Both the position numbers and the translations under genes were made by a program. This document shows positions 6,425 through 16,464 of a stretch of 20,000 bases of DNA, in pieces. This DNA comes from an uncultured virus (IMG/VR IMGVR_UViG_3300025844_000015) (lineage: Duplodnaviria > Heunggongvirae > Uroviricota > Caudoviricetes). The first letter of the stretch is position 1; each line of letters opens with the position of its first letter. Under the pieces are notes generated by a model, which ran no database searches, was not told the origin of the DNA, and was given only the letters and a program-made list of their open reading frames with translations. The stretch covers positions 52,886-72,885 of the IMG/VR virus record IMGVR_UViG_3300025844_000015; one strand, 5' to 3'.

Positions 6425-8579
6425 CTATTTTGGAGAATCCGTTTTTCAATTCAATTTTGATTTGATCTTTGAATGAATCTTTGATTTCGTCTCTATGCGA
6501 AATGATGAACATTGACAGTTTATTCTTTTCTGCTACCTCTTTCATCAGCTTTACGGTTTTTCTTACACCAACATTACTCAGACCGACATCTAGACATTCG
6601 TCTAGAATATACAAGTTGATGAAATTGTGCTTGGATTGTAGAACGTCTCTGAAGGCCAGAGAGAGGGCAATGTTTATCCGTGCCTTCTGTCCAGACGAAA
6701 GGCTCGTAAAGGTGATCTCACGGTCAAACTGGCCAATTTCCATGGAGAGGTCAGATTTGAACTTAGCCTTGTGAGGCAAACCCATGGTGCTCAAATAATA
6801 GTGCAATCGTTCGTTTAGGAACGGCAGGTACTTGTCCATCAAAGCTTTTCTTACAAACGAGTCCTTCTTAGTTAAAAGCTTTAACAAGAATTCTTGATGT
6901 TTAACTGTTTTCTCAAGAGAGTCGATTTCTTCAGACTTGCTTTCCTTGACCCTAAAACCTTGTAAAGTTTCAAGTGATTTTTCATAAGGGTTTTCTTGTT
7001 CTACAAGGTATCCTTTTTTTTCTTTCGCTGATTCCATCTTGTTTTTGGCTTCGAAGAGTTCTCGTAGGGTACCGAATGAAGGACTATCAAAAGTCTTTCC
7101 CTTCTCTATTTCAATGTCGCTTTTTATTTTTCCAAGTTCTTTCAAGAGTGACTCTATCTCGTCATTTCTATTAGAATGAGGATTTTGTTCTACTTTTAAT
7201 TCTTCGATAGTTTCTTTGACACCATCTCTAGCGTTCCGAAAACTTCCGACCATGAAGGGATGAGTGAATTCATTTGGTATTTGATTTTTGATTTCCTCTA
7301 ATCTAACAGTAGATTCGCTAATTGATTCTTCTATCTCCTGTGAGGTTTTCAGAGTTTTCTTGAGAACTTCAGAAAGAGTCTTCAATTCATCAACAACACT
7401 TTCGAGTTTATCTTTCGAGTCCTTGTAATCTTGAGAACAGTAAGGACATTTGGCGTTTTCCAAAGTCTTTTTTTCTTTTTCAAGTTCTTCTACTGCATCT
7501 AGACCTTCATCAAGGACCTTTTCCAACTTGCTCAGCTCTCTTTTCTTTTCCCCTATTTCCTTTTCCAGATTGTCTCTATCCTGAAAGAGGATCAATATCT
7601 TGTCGAGATCTTCTTCAGAAAATCTCTCGTAATTGGTCAATTCTTTTTCAAGTTCAACAATTTTTTTAGCTTTATTCTCATCATATGCTTCGAACTTCTT
7701 TTGTTCTTCTGTATAACGAGTCATAGTTCTGGATTCTTCTGTTAAAGAAGACTGTAGTTCCTTCAACAGTTTATTGTGTACGTCTAGTTTTTCCAATAAG
7801 ATTTCTTCCTTATCGAAATTGAATTTGCTATATTTTTCAATCAACTTTTCAACTTCTTCAATATCCAACTGGTGCTGATGATTCCAAGATGCAATATTTT
7901 TTTCCGCTTCTTCCACACCCTTTTTGTGTCTGGCGTGTTCTTGTTTGATTTCTTCGTTGGAATCTTTGGCATATTTCAAATCACTCTTACTGGATTTGAT
8001 CTGTTCTTTTAAGGTTTCGGCCTTTTTTGTAAGTTCAGTATAGGAGAAAAGTTCTTCTATTACATCTCTCTGCTTAGCTAGAGGCATTTTTAAAAAAGAT
8101 TCTTCGCTTGCAGCGTATGTTATGATCCTACTGAATATCTCGTATGGGACTTTGACAATTTCCTCGGCAATGTAAACATTAGCATTCGAAATACTGTCTG
8201 GTGTTATGTCTTTCCCGTTCTTGACAATTTTAACACCACTACCGCCCATTGCTTTATTTTTTCTATATCTGCTTATTTTGTAGATATCTTCTTTTATTTT
8301 AAAGTCTATTTCCACAAGGAGATCCTTGTTGTTGATGTTGTTTATTAGGTTGTCTTTCTTTTCTGATTCTTTCCCTAGAGCCAGATCGTAAAGAGCGAAA
8401 GTTATTGCCATCAACAATGAACTTTTCCCGCACCCATTAGAGTCCATTTCTCCATTCACAGAAGCATCGTGGTTGATACCAGTAATAAGGGTTGGATTCT
8501 TTCTCTGTAGATCTAAGCTAACGGCCTCATTCCCGTAGGACAGGAAATTTTGTAATGTCACTTTTTCAAATACAATCAT
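6417..8579 (-). CDS. gp46: Recombination endonuclease ATPase subunit (T4 gp46 / Rad50 / SbcC-like)
   Basis: NFLSYGN; Walker A NGCGKS; long coiled coil with zinc hook CPYC; signature LSSGQ; Walker B ILDE; H-loop IISH. Confidence 0.95.
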   Translation of the reverse strand: MIVFEKVTLQNFLSYGNEAVSLDLQRKNPTLITGINHDASVNGEMDSNGCGKSSLLMAITFALYDLALGKESEKKDNLINNINNKDLLVEIDFKIKEDIYKISRYRKNKAMGGSGVKIVKNGKDITPDSISNANVYIAEEIVKVPYEIFSRIITYAASEESFLKMPLAKQRDVIEELFSYTELTKKAETLKEQIKSSKSDLKYAKDSNEEIKQEHARHKKGVEEAEKNIASWNHQHQLDIEEVEKLIEKYSKFNFDKEEILLEKLDVHNKLLKELQSSLTEESRTMTRYTEEQKKFEAYDENKAKKIVELEKELTNYERFSEEDLDKILILFQDRDNLEKEIGEKKRELSKLEKVLDEGLDAVEELEKEKKTLENAKCPYCSQDYKDSKDKLESVVDELKTLSEVLKKTLKTSQEIEESISESTVRLEEIKNQIPNEFTHPFMVGSFRNARDGVKETIEELKVEQNPHSNRNDEIESLLKELGKIKSDIEIEKGKTFDSPSFGTLRELFEAKNKMESAKEKKGYLVEQENPYEKSLETLQGFRVKESKSEEIDSLEKTVKHQEFLLKLLTKKDSFVRKALMDKYLPFLNERLHYYLSTMGLPHKAKFKSDLSMEIGQFDREITFTSLSSGQKARINIALSLAFRDVLQSKHNFINLYILDECLDVGLSNVGVRKTVKLMKEVAEKNKLSMFIISHRDEIKDSFKDQIKIELKNGFSKIVT

Positions 8580-9625
8580 TATAAACCTCTGTAAATTTTT
8601 TTAAGTTCTTCAGATTCAATTTCTTCAGCCTTGATTTTTCCTAACAGGGCTAAAACTATTTCGTCCGTACTTTCCGACTCCAAGTCTTCCTCGTCTATGT
8701 CTTCGCTGATCTTATAATCATCGACAGGCTCTTCCATTTTCAGTTCCCTGAGAGAGTATTTGTTGATAAGAACTTCCTTGATATGCAGAATATCTTCGAA
8801 ACCCAAGTCTTTCTCATCAACCAGACAGGTTACAGTTGCCTTGGGTCTAAGATAATCTTTCGGATTCTCCAGAAGATCACTTAGAGAACATCTGATGTAG
8901 GTTGGTGCTTCTTCCCAATCAATGTATTTTAGATTATCATTTTCGAAATCGTAGATCGCCATACCACGTTCTGTTTGATTGGCGTCACTATAGTCCATCG
9001 GGAAAGTATTGCCAATATAATGAACGTTTTTCTTTTCCTGTCTTTTGTGGAAGTGGCCGGTGAATATCCGATCAGGCCCCCTGAAATCTTCTTGATCGGG
9101 TCCGTGTTCTAGAACCTTGGTTTCTCCCGTCAAAACGAATCCCTTGAACTCAAAGTGTCCAAAGACTACGTCATGAGAGTTGATCACCACAATTTGTTCA
9201 GCATATTCTTCTTCGAAAAGATACGGACAGAAAAGAATACTCTTGTTGCCGATTTTGACACTTATATTATCATCCACCAGAATTAGATTACCAAATGGTT
9301 CAAAAATTACAGTGTTAAAAGAGTTACGATTGTTTCTGTAGACTAAATCATGATTTCCTACGATTAGAAAAAATGGAAGTTTCAGTTCTTCGACCAACTG
9401 TTTAATTATTTTGTGTGATCGGTCTAGGGTTTTTCCTGTGATAGCATCTCGGTGTTCAAACCAATCACCACAAAATACAATTATGTCAACCTTTTCTTTT
9501 TTACAATTGTCTATAAACCAGTCAATGTAATCTTGACAATCATTCAAATGAACATCACTACTGTTTTTTCTACCTAGATGGATGTCGGTGAACATTGCAG
9601 CTTTTTTTACATTATTCAGATTCAT
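8579..9625 (-). CDS. gp47: Recombination endonuclease nuclease subunit (T4 gp47 / Mre11 / SbcD-like)
   Basis: Metallophosphoesterase motifs DIHLG, GDWF, VGNHD, GHFE and GHFH; adjacent to gp46. GGAG SD lies 6 nt before ATG 9625. Confidence 0.95.
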   Translation of the reverse strand: MNLNNVKKAAMFTDIHLGRKNSSDVHLNDCQDYIDWFIDNCKKEKVDIIVFCGDWFEHRDAITGKTLDRSHKIIKQLVEELKLPFFLIVGNHDLVYRNNRNSFNTVIFEPFGNLILVDDNISVKIGNKSILFCPYLFEEEYAEQIVVINSHDVVFGHFEFKGFVLTGETKVLEHGPDQEDFRGPDRIFTGHFHKRQEKKNVHYIGNTFPMDYSDANQTERGMAIYDFENDNLKYIDWEEAPTYIRCSLSDLLENPKDYLRPKATVTCLVDEKDLGFEDILHIKEVLINKYSLRELKMEEPVDDYKISEDIDEEDLESESTDEIVLALLGKIKAEEIESEELKKIYRGL

Positions 9626-10289
9626 ATTCATCTCCTGAATATTGTTTGTATGTCGGATCGTAGATCGACGAAAGTTCACTTATCTCTCTTTTTAGGAACT
9701 CGCAAACAGAAACTTTATTTTCCCTGTCCTCTTCCTTTTTCAAAATGGTTGATACCATATCTCGGTGGATATTTCTAGTCGCTTCTTTGTCTTCTACAAC
9801 TCTGGCAATTTCTCGCATCAATAGATTTTTGAAACGTTCGGAAATTTTCTTTTTGGCAACAGACTCTAGATATGCTTCCTCTAGTTCCATTTCTCTGAAA
9901 TCTTCTTCGTAGGTGTGTGATGGAAGTTCTCCCTCTTTCAATAATAAAGCATCTTTGATATTTCTTTGTGATTTTTCTGAATCTAAAAATTGCCAAAAAG
10001 CCCGTTTAATGGTCTGGGTGAAATATGCAAAAGGGTTGTAGTATGTATTTGGGTCAAAGCTGTCCCAGCCCCTACACACAATTGTAAAGGCATATGATTC
10101 CATATCCTCACGATATGTGTAACTTGCATAACTACCCTGAGACGAATATCGTTTGGCTAGTATCATGATCATCTCGCCAAAACGCTCAGTCATTCTGCCT
10201 TGTGTTTTGCTCTTGATAACTTCTTCAAGCATTTCTTTGTTATTGATGTAATATTGATCTTTTTTTGTTTTTCTTTTTCTTGTAGTCAT
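9612..10289 (-). CDS. gp55: Late transcription sigma factor (T4 gp55-like)
   Basis: YINNKEML, YTYREDM and FDP...NPFAYFTQ...AF motifs; gp55-gp47-gp46 order; TATAAATA promoters are present in the window. Confidence 0.9.
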   Translation of the reverse strand: MTTRKRKTKKDQYYINNKEMLEEVIKSKTQGRMTERFGEMIMILAKRYSSQGSYASYTYREDMESYAFTIVCRGWDSFDPNTYYNPFAYFTQTIKRAFWQFLDSEKSQRNIKDALLLKEGELPSHTYEEDFREMELEEAYLESVAKKKISERFKNLLMREIARVVEDKEATRNIHRDMVSTILKKEEDRENKVSVCEFLKREISELSSIYDPTYKQYSGDEYESE

Positions 10290-10327
10290 GTTTAATTCTC
10301 GACAGTAAGTTGCTATATTTACAAAGT

Positions 10328-10356
10328 ATTATATGGTCTTGAATGAATTATTCCAA
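10328..10356 (-). promoter_or_regulatory. Sigma70-like promoter for the gp55-47-46 operon
   Basis: Minus strand TTGGAA-N17-TATAAT (-35 at 10356-10351, -10 at 10333-10328). Confidence 0.6.
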
Positions 10357-10364
10357 ACATGTTA

Positions 10365-10372
10365 TATAAATA
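10365..10372 (+). promoter_or_regulatory. T4-type late promoter
   Basis: Exact TATAAATA upstream of the ORF at 10400. Confidence 0.75.
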
Positions 10373-10399
10373 TCTTCGAAATAATTTTGATTATTAAAA

Positions 10400-13300
10400 T
10401 TGGATAAGCAAGCGGCAAACCAACTAATACTCGCCATAAACGAGTTAAATCGCAGATTGGGTATGATGGGTGCAAATCAACGCCCCGGCTGGATGCGCGA
10501 TGGTGATTCTAACGCCAGATACGGTGGGACGGATTCCAGCGGAGAGAAACTGCTGGATAAGATGCGTGAACAGCGCAAGGTTTTCGACGATACCACTAAA
10601 GTACAAACTAGATTTATGCGAACCATGGCAGAGGGTGTTCCAATTATTGGAAACATCGTGAAGGTTATCGGCAAACAGACCGAGGATTTGAAAATGTCAA
10701 TGCGCGGTCAATCTGATGCTTATAAAAATGCCGCTCTCGCGACCGAAGAATACGCATACAGGGTGGGGCAGAATAGTGACGATCTTTATACTATTCATCA
10801 AACCCTATCCAATGTTCAAAAGAAAGCGTCAGATCTTGCAAAGATTGTCCAAAATAGAGCAAGTATAGAAAAAAGAATCTCCGAAAACGCAAAAACAGCA
10901 AAAATAGGCGCACAGAAAGTCAAATTGGAAAAAGATCTTTCGAATATTTCAGAGGTGTTGAAAGAAGCCCAGAAGAAACTTAGGTTGGAAAAAAACGCTC
11001 CGGTGGAGGGTAACATCAAAGAAATCATTAAAGATCTAAAGGAACTGAAGAAAGTTCCTGATCTGTTTTCTGATATTAAAGATGAGTTGGCCAAGAAAGA
11101 CGTTCAAGAAGCGATAAGAAAAGATCAATCACTAGCAGCCATCATGAAACCTATTGTGGATGGGTTGGGTAAAGATGTAGGAGAGGCTTCTGATAACATC
11201 AAAGAATACTCCAAATCTATTAATGAAACCGTGAAAGGAAGTTTCAATACGTTAGCTGGAATAATGCAAAAAAGTTTGGATGATGTTGTACAATCCAGAA
11301 ATGATTTGAACAATACTCTTTCTAATTTGGGAGCCTCTATTGCTGCATCCGTGGGGGTGGCGGCTAAACAAGAAGCCGTAATGTTTATGGAGCGCCAGAG
11401 GCTGACTGGATCAACCACAAGTACAGCCATGCGAGGGGAAGCCATTACGATGGGGGTTTCTGAAACAGAACTACTGACTTCACTCGCAGAGAATAGATTT
11501 CAGATGAGAAGACTAGGACAGGCTGAAGGATTCGGTGGGGCCGCGGAATTTATGGAGTCTTCGGCGTTCGAACAGATGAGACAAACCGCATACGAAATGG
11601 GATACACCGGAAAAGCAGCGTTGGATGCTATCATGCAAACTACTGATGTACTTAGAAGAGTCGGTGCAGATTCTAGTGTACAAGCGGTTTCTTCTACAAT
11701 AAAATTCATCAAAGAAACACATAAAGAGTTGGGCGTGTCACAAGAAGAAATGGCCGGTTTCTTTAGTGATATGATGAAAGATACAGAAGGTTTGAGATTA
11801 TTGGCCGGGGCCCGTGACGGTGGGGGATTTGCTTCTATCGAGGCAATGAATGAAGAAATTGAAATGAGAGGAAAACTGGCACGGGTATTAAATCAAGATT
11901 TGGAGATTCAAAAGAAAAGATTGAATGAGCAGAAATCATTGGCGTTCGGTGATCCAGCAGAAGCACTCAGACGGTCTATAGGGGGTAGTATTCTAGCTAG
12001 ACAGGTGGGCATGCCGTCGGAGGATGCAAACTTGCTTCGTCGCTACATGACATCCGGGGGTCAGGATATGAACGAACCAGACCTATTGAGGGCTAAAATA
12101 GCCAGAGAGAATATCGAGATACTTACTGGTAAAGCTCTTTCAGAGGCTGCAACAAAGGGAGAGGCGGGGTTTGGTGAGAGAGCACTTCTTACTGCATTCA
12201 TGGGCCAACTCGGACTTGATGTTGATAGTGCGCTTGGTGCATACACCAGATCGGGTGGTGGAAAACTTATTACTAATGAGGAACAACTTCTTGCGGCAGA
12301 AGCGGCTAGAACCCAAGAACCCGTTGAACCCGTGGGTCCGGCCATGAAGACCGCCATTGGGGCAATAGAGACTGCCCAAGGTGTTTTAAAATCTAGTATC
12401 GGACAGGCCGCTGCGGTAATTACTGGTTCTATAGTTACGACATCTGGGGGGATAATAGCATCAATCTTTGCAACCAGAATGGGGCTAGGACTTTCACCTC
12501 TAGGTCGCGCGGGTGGAGCGATTTCTAGGGCAGGTGGCGCAGTCGTGGGTGCTGCTAAGAGGATTGGGGTGCGTGGCGCAATACGGGGTCTAGGTCGAGC
12601 ATCGGTTCCGGTTTCTGTGGGGTTTTTGGCACATGATGTATACAAAGGCGTAAATGCCGGAATGTCTATCAGATCGTCTCGACAGGCAGAAACCCGAGCC
12701 AGACGGGGGTCAATAGGTTCTCTGGATAGAATGATTTCAACTATGCAAGAACGGGGACTTACTCACCACCCCAACGGAAGAAGCCTCGAAGAAATGATCG
12801 CCATGCGCAACCAACTGGCAGGAAGCAAAGGACCAGACACTGCTTCTGCGAATAGTATACCTAGCTTGATTGGCGTGTCCAATGATCCTACAATCCAACG
12901 AATTTTAAACGAAACTGGTCCGGGGAAGAGTTCAACACGACCCCCATCCAGTAGTCTACTTAGTGGAGAACACCAGATTCAACTTTCTTCGGCATTTAGA
13001 GGCGGGGAAGCCATAACATTGGCAGAAATGATGTCATCTTCTCGTAGACCGACAGACCCAAATTCAACATGGGGGGCTGACATTGGCTTGGACGACAGAC
13101 AGGGTATGAGAAAGTTGGCAGAGGATGGAATTATCAATTTTTCACAAAGCTCTGATTTTTCTAATACAACAGATATTGCGGGTTTGCGGGAAATGAAAGA
13201 ATATCTTGAAGAAGACGGAAGCTTGGAACGTACCGGAGAACGAGAAGCAGTAGAGATGATACGAGAAAAACTAGATCAATTGATTGGTGTAAACGAGGAG

Positions 13301-13456
13301 GGCAACCAAATAACCCTATCGACAGCGGATAAAGAATTCCGTGCAAGAAGAGAAATGAGCGAGGAGGACCAACGGAAAGCCGTAGACGAAGGTATTAATA
13401 GTGTAGTATCTACACAACTAGAAAACGCTCGCCGAAGAGCAGCTTCATATTCGTAA
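10400..13456 (+). CDS. Large helical virion protein, probable tail tape-measure/baseplate-hub-like protein
   Basis: 1018 aa; coiled-coil N-terminal half, Ala/Gly-rich hydrophobic segments and a Gly/Arg-rich amphipathic stretch (GRAGGAISRAGG...GRASVPVSVGFLAHDVYKG) as in tape measures; late promoter; TTG start uncertain. Confidence 0.55.
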   Translation: MDKQAANQLILAINELNRRLGMMGANQRPGWMRDGDSNARYGGTDSSGEKLLDKMREQRKVFDDTTKVQTRFMRTMAEGVPIIGNIVKVIGKQTEDLKMSMRGQSDAYKNAALATEEYAYRVGQNSDDLYTIHQTLSNVQKKASDLAKIVQNRASIEKRISENAKTAKIGAQKVKLEKDLSNISEVLKEAQKKLRLEKNAPVEGNIKEIIKDLKELKKVPDLFSDIKDELAKKDVQEAIRKDQSLAAIMKPIVDGLGKDVGEASDNIKEYSKSINETVKGSFNTLAGIMQKSLDDVVQSRNDLNNTLSNLGASIAASVGVAAKQEAVMFMERQRLTGSTTSTAMRGEAITMGVSETELLTSLAENRFQMRRLGQAEGFGGAAEFMESSAFEQMRQTAYEMGYTGKAALDAIMQTTDVLRRVGADSSVQAVSSTIKFIKETHKELGVSQEEMAGFFSDMMKDTEGLRLLAGARDGGGFASIEAMNEEIEMRGKLARVLNQDLEIQKKRLNEQKSLAFGDPAEALRRSIGGSILARQVGMPSEDANLLRRYMTSGGQDMNEPDLLRAKIARENIEILTGKALSEAATKGEAGFGERALLTAFMGQLGLDVDSALGAYTRSGGGKLITNEEQLLAAEAARTQEPVEPVGPAMKTAIGAIETAQGVLKSSIGQAAAVITGSIVTTSGGIIASIFATRMGLGLSPLGRAGGAISRAGGAVVGAAKRIGVRGAIRGLGRASVPVSVGFLAHDVYKGVNAGMSIRSSRQAETRARRGSIGSLDRMISTMQERGLTHHPNGRSLEEMIAMRNQLAGSKGPDTASANSIPSLIGVSNDPTIQRILNETGPGKSSTRPPSSSLLSGEHQIQLSSAFRGGEAITLAEMMSSSRRPTDPNSTWGADIGLDDRQGMRKLAEDGIINFSQSSDFSNTTDIAGLREMKEYLEEDGSLERTGEREAVEMIREKLDQLIGVNEEGNQITLSTADKEFRARREMSEEDQRKAVDEGINSVVSTQLENARRRAASYS

Positions 13457-13489
13457 CAGCTTCATTGGTGTTCATATAATTCATTGTTA

Positions 13490-13497
13490 AATAAATA
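13490..13497 (+). promoter_or_regulatory. Late promoter variant AATAAATA
   Basis: One mismatch to TATAAATA, 24 nt before the portal ATG. Confidence 0.6.
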
Positions 13498-13521
13498 GGT
13501 TGTATAGAATTTAAAAAACAC

Positions 13522-15252
13522 ATGAAAGCAAGCAAGTTTTACAAGATCGTACGCCCGATGGGTCGGGATTCCGAGGTCATAGATAACCAATCTGCTTATG
13601 GTGGCGGAGGTGGGCTTTTTGGAAAGTCTTCATGGTACAATAGAATCGTAAATGGTTCGGCAAATAGAAAGGGTCGTTACCGCGAATATGACATCATGGA
13701 TAGTGACTCAGACGTCGCTTTGGCTTTGGACTACATTGCGGAAGAAATGTGTGGGAATGCCACGAAAGGAAAAGATATTCTAAAGTTGGAGATGATGACT
13801 GAACCCTCCCAGAAGGTATCCAACACTACTATCCTCACATTGAAAGCAGCACTGAAAACATTCACCGCCCTGCATCAATTAGAGGGTGATCGTCTATTCA
13901 ACATATGTAGAAACACGATCAAATATGGAGACAGTTTCTATCTCCGTTCTCGAAAAACGAACGGGCGATGGATGTTTATTCCAGCCAAAAACATCGATGC
14001 CGCTATCACTGACAAATATGATCTAACGCATGTTAAGGCGTGGATGGTTAGAAGCGATTACAACAATGAGGTCAACGACAACACGGGAGTGTTCAACTAT
14101 TCTAGCGTATACGCGGGACAAGATACAAACCAAGCACAGCCCTATCGGGCCTCTGATGTCGTTAGGTTTTCTTTGTTCGACGAGACCAGCGAAGAAATGC
14201 CTTTCGGTCTTTCTATACTTCGTTCGATATACAAAGTGTTTAAACAAAAAGAACTGTTGGAAGACGCTATAGTTATCTACAGAATCCAACGAGCGCCGGA
14301 GCGCAGAGCATTCTACATCGATGTTGGTAGAGCACATCCACATGAAGTAAAAACCATTCTAGAAAAGGTCAAGAACGATTTTAGACAGAAGAGGATACCG
14401 TCGCAGATAGGGGGACAAAACCAAGTTGATGCAATTTATAATCCACAGTCCATGCAAGAAGATTTCTTTTTGGCCGTTAGACCGAACGGTGGTGGAACAA
14501 AAATTGAAACACTACCGGGGGGACAGAACCTCGGAAACTTAGATGACCTACACATTTTCTTCCGAAAGATCTGGAGAGGATTGAAAATACCACAAAGTTA
14601 CATTAACACCTTAGAGGGTGACGGCGGCACTGGTAATTTCAATGACGGTAAGGTTGGCATTGCTATGATGCAAGAAATTAAATTTAGTCTATACATCGAA
14701 AGACTACAGAGTTCAATAGAACGAACATTGGACGAAGAGTTCAAAAGATTCGTTTATGAAAACAATTTGAACATCGACCCATCTTTGTATTGCATCAAAT
14801 TACCGGAACCGAGTAATTTTAAGAAGAACAGAGACCAAGAGATTGATGCTGCTCTTATTGGTGTATACACCAGCATTTCTGGTGACAAGACGATCTCTAA
14901 CCGCTTCGCGCTTAGAAAATATCTACAACTCACAGATGAAGAAATGGCTCTCAATGAGAGATTGCTTCGTGAAGAAAAAGGACTACCTGTTGATGGTGGT
15001 CGTGAGGACATCCCAAAGCTTTACAATGAAGAAGGTGCTGAAGCGGGCGGATTCGAGGGTGGCCTCGGTGGAATGGCAGCAGGTGGCGGTGCTTTTGGCG
15101 GTGCGGGAGGTCTTGATGGTCTAGATGACATGGAAGAACCCCCGTCCGGAGGTGGCGGTCTTGAGGGTGAAGGGGTTGGGGCTGACGAAGAGGTTGGTGG
15201 AGAGACTCCCCCAGAACAACAACCACCCACCCAAAAATCTCCCGCGTTTTAA
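13522..15252 (+). CDS. gp20: Portal protein (T4 gp20-like)
   Basis: Hallmark LLEDAIVIYRIQRAPERRAFYIDVG, SMQEDFFL, GTKIETLPGGQNLG and EIKF motifs. Confidence 0.97.
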   Translation: MKASKFYKIVRPMGRDSEVIDNQSAYGGGGGLFGKSSWYNRIVNGSANRKGRYREYDIMDSDSDVALALDYIAEEMCGNATKGKDILKLEMMTEPSQKVSNTTILTLKAALKTFTALHQLEGDRLFNICRNTIKYGDSFYLRSRKTNGRWMFIPAKNIDAAITDKYDLTHVKAWMVRSDYNNEVNDNTGVFNYSSVYAGQDTNQAQPYRASDVVRFSLFDETSEEMPFGLSILRSIYKVFKQKELLEDAIVIYRIQRAPERRAFYIDVGRAHPHEVKTILEKVKNDFRQKRIPSQIGGQNQVDAIYNPQSMQEDFFLAVRPNGGGTKIETLPGGQNLGNLDDLHIFFRKIWRGLKIPQSYINTLEGDGGTGNFNDGKVGIAMMQEIKFSLYIERLQSSIERTLDEEFKRFVYENNLNIDPSLYCIKLPEPSNFKKNRDQEIDAALIGVYTSISGDKTISNRFALRKYLQLTDEEMALNERLLREEKGLPVDGGREDIPKLYNEEGAEAGGFEGGLGGMAAGGGAFGGAGGLDGLDDMEEPPSGGGGLEGEGVGADEEVGGETPPEQQPPTQKSPAF

Positions 15253-15271
15253 TAAATTGGGTTTTAAGTTC

Positions 15272-15279
15272 AATAAATA
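15272..15279 (+). promoter_or_regulatory. Late promoter variant AATAAATA
   Basis: Upstream of the AGGAG SD and ATG 15321. Confidence 0.6.
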
Positions 15280-15320
15280 GTATTGAAAATCAATAAGACA
15301 ATTCGAAATAGGAGTTTTTT

Positions 15321-16031
15321 ATGTCTATTAACAAATTTTACAACAGTTTTGTTCAAAAGCGTTCCACAGGTGAATTGAATGAAACAGAAGACTTGGACTC
15401 GTTGTTTAACGAGTACCTAACAGAAAAGATGGCGGGCCTTTTGGTAGAAGATCATGAAAAGTCTATGACTGCCGAACAAATGGCAGCACATATCAAGAAG
15501 CTATTTAAAATGTGTGATGATGAAGCAACCGAGAGTAAATTTTTGAAGCGCCTAGGCAAAGCTGCCGATGTGGAAGATTGCAAGGAAAAGGATATTACCA
15601 CATGTGCCAAAAAGCTTTGCGACATGGACGATGAAAAGTGTGATGATATGATTCATGAATTAGAAGGCATGGTTGATTACACTTATGAGTCCAAAAAGGA
15701 AAAGCCAGAAGAATCTGACGAGAAAGAAAAAGACAAAAAAAAAATTGATGAAGGGGTGTCAGTAGGCTCAGTCGTTAAGACTATGAACGGAAAGCATATG
15801 GTGGTTATTGGTGATATGGGGGAGGGCGACGTAACTGCTGTTCGCCTACATCATGGAAAACCCTTATACAGAACGCAAATCAACTTGCGTAGTAGCGAAT
15901 ACGTTCCCACCGGGGAAACAGTTCCTGTAATGTCTAAGAAAGACCTGAAGGATCGAGAAAACTCTATTATGGACAAGAGAAAGGATCATGTGGAATATGG
16001 TCACCGTACAGTAGGATCTTTTAACTTCTAA
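15321..16031 (+). CDS. Hypothetical acidic prohead core/internal head protein
   Basis: Lies between portal and protease; strong SD; several (L/I)xE sites (LNE, LTE, LVE, IDE); C-terminal KOW/SH3-like VGSVVKT...VVIG segment. Confidence 0.6.
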   Translation: MSINKFYNSFVQKRSTGELNETEDLDSLFNEYLTEKMAGLLVEDHEKSMTAEQMAAHIKKLFKMCDDEATESKFLKRLGKAADVEDCKEKDITTCAKKLCDMDDEKCDDMIHELEGMVDYTYESKKEKPEESDEKEKDKKKIDEGVSVGSVVKTMNGKHMVVIGDMGEGDVTAVRLHHGKPLYRTQINLRSSEYVPTGETVPVMSKKDLKDRENSIMDKRKDHVEYGHRTVGSFNF

Positions 16032-16033
16032 AA

Positions 16034-16204
16034 ATGAAGATCTCTATCGTTCTAGAAGCATTGGACAGGAACAGGGCCGCTTGGGGAGATCCCATTCCAA
16101 ACTTCATGGAAAAGAAGAAAGTAAAAAGCAGAGAAAAGAAGCTTCCAAAATTGGGAGCTTCTGTCTACGGTGTTGATCACGACAGCGGAGGTTCAAACGA
16201 ATGA
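16034..16204 (+). CDS. Small protein missed by the ORF track (56 aa, MKISIVLEALDRNRAAWGDP...), possible internal head protein
   Basis: Open frame from ATG 16034 to TGA 16204 fills the gap exactly and overlaps the next ATG (ATGA). Confidence 0.7.
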   Translation: MKISIVLEALDRNRAAWGDPIPNFMEKKKVKSREKKLPKLGASVYGVDHDSGGSNE

Positions 16205-16425
16205 AAAAGAAACTTTCACTCCAAAGAGAAATACTAGAGCGTATCGATTATTTTAATTATCTTGACCCAGATAGTTTGTGTGCAGATTGTAAAGAAAAAG
16301 ATCAAAAAAAAGACGACAAGGAAGAGGAAGAAACTTCGGAAGAAGAACTTTCTAGTGTCAAAAAATATTCTAAACCGGCAGATGTTAGACGATATCTTCA
16401 ATATGTTAATGCTAAGAACGATTAA
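16201..16425 (+). CDS. Small acidic hypothetical head-module protein
   Basis: 74 aa; GGAGG SD upstream; translationally coupled; contains ILE and CADC. Confidence 0.65.
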   Translation: MKKKLSLQREILERIDYFNYLDPDSLCADCKEKDQKKDDKEEEETSEEELSSVKKYSKPADVRRYLQYVNAKND

Positions 16426-16426
16426 C

Positions 16427-16434
16427 TATAAATA
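16427..16434 (+). promoter_or_regulatory. T4-type late promoter
   Basis: Exact TATAAATA upstream of ATG 16465. Confidence 0.75.
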
Positions 16435-16464
16435 ATTACTGAATTCAACCAAACAGGTGTTACT

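Noticed and set aside
6417..9625. SbcCD-like pair as a novel defence system
   Set aside because: Sequence and synteny with gp55 identify them as the ordinary T4-like gp46/gp47 recombination nuclease.
12061..12645. Long antisense ORFs (also 17088-17633, 16531-16917 and others)
   Set aside because: They lie opposite well-supported genes, lack SD or motifs, and are explained by codon bias of the sense gene.
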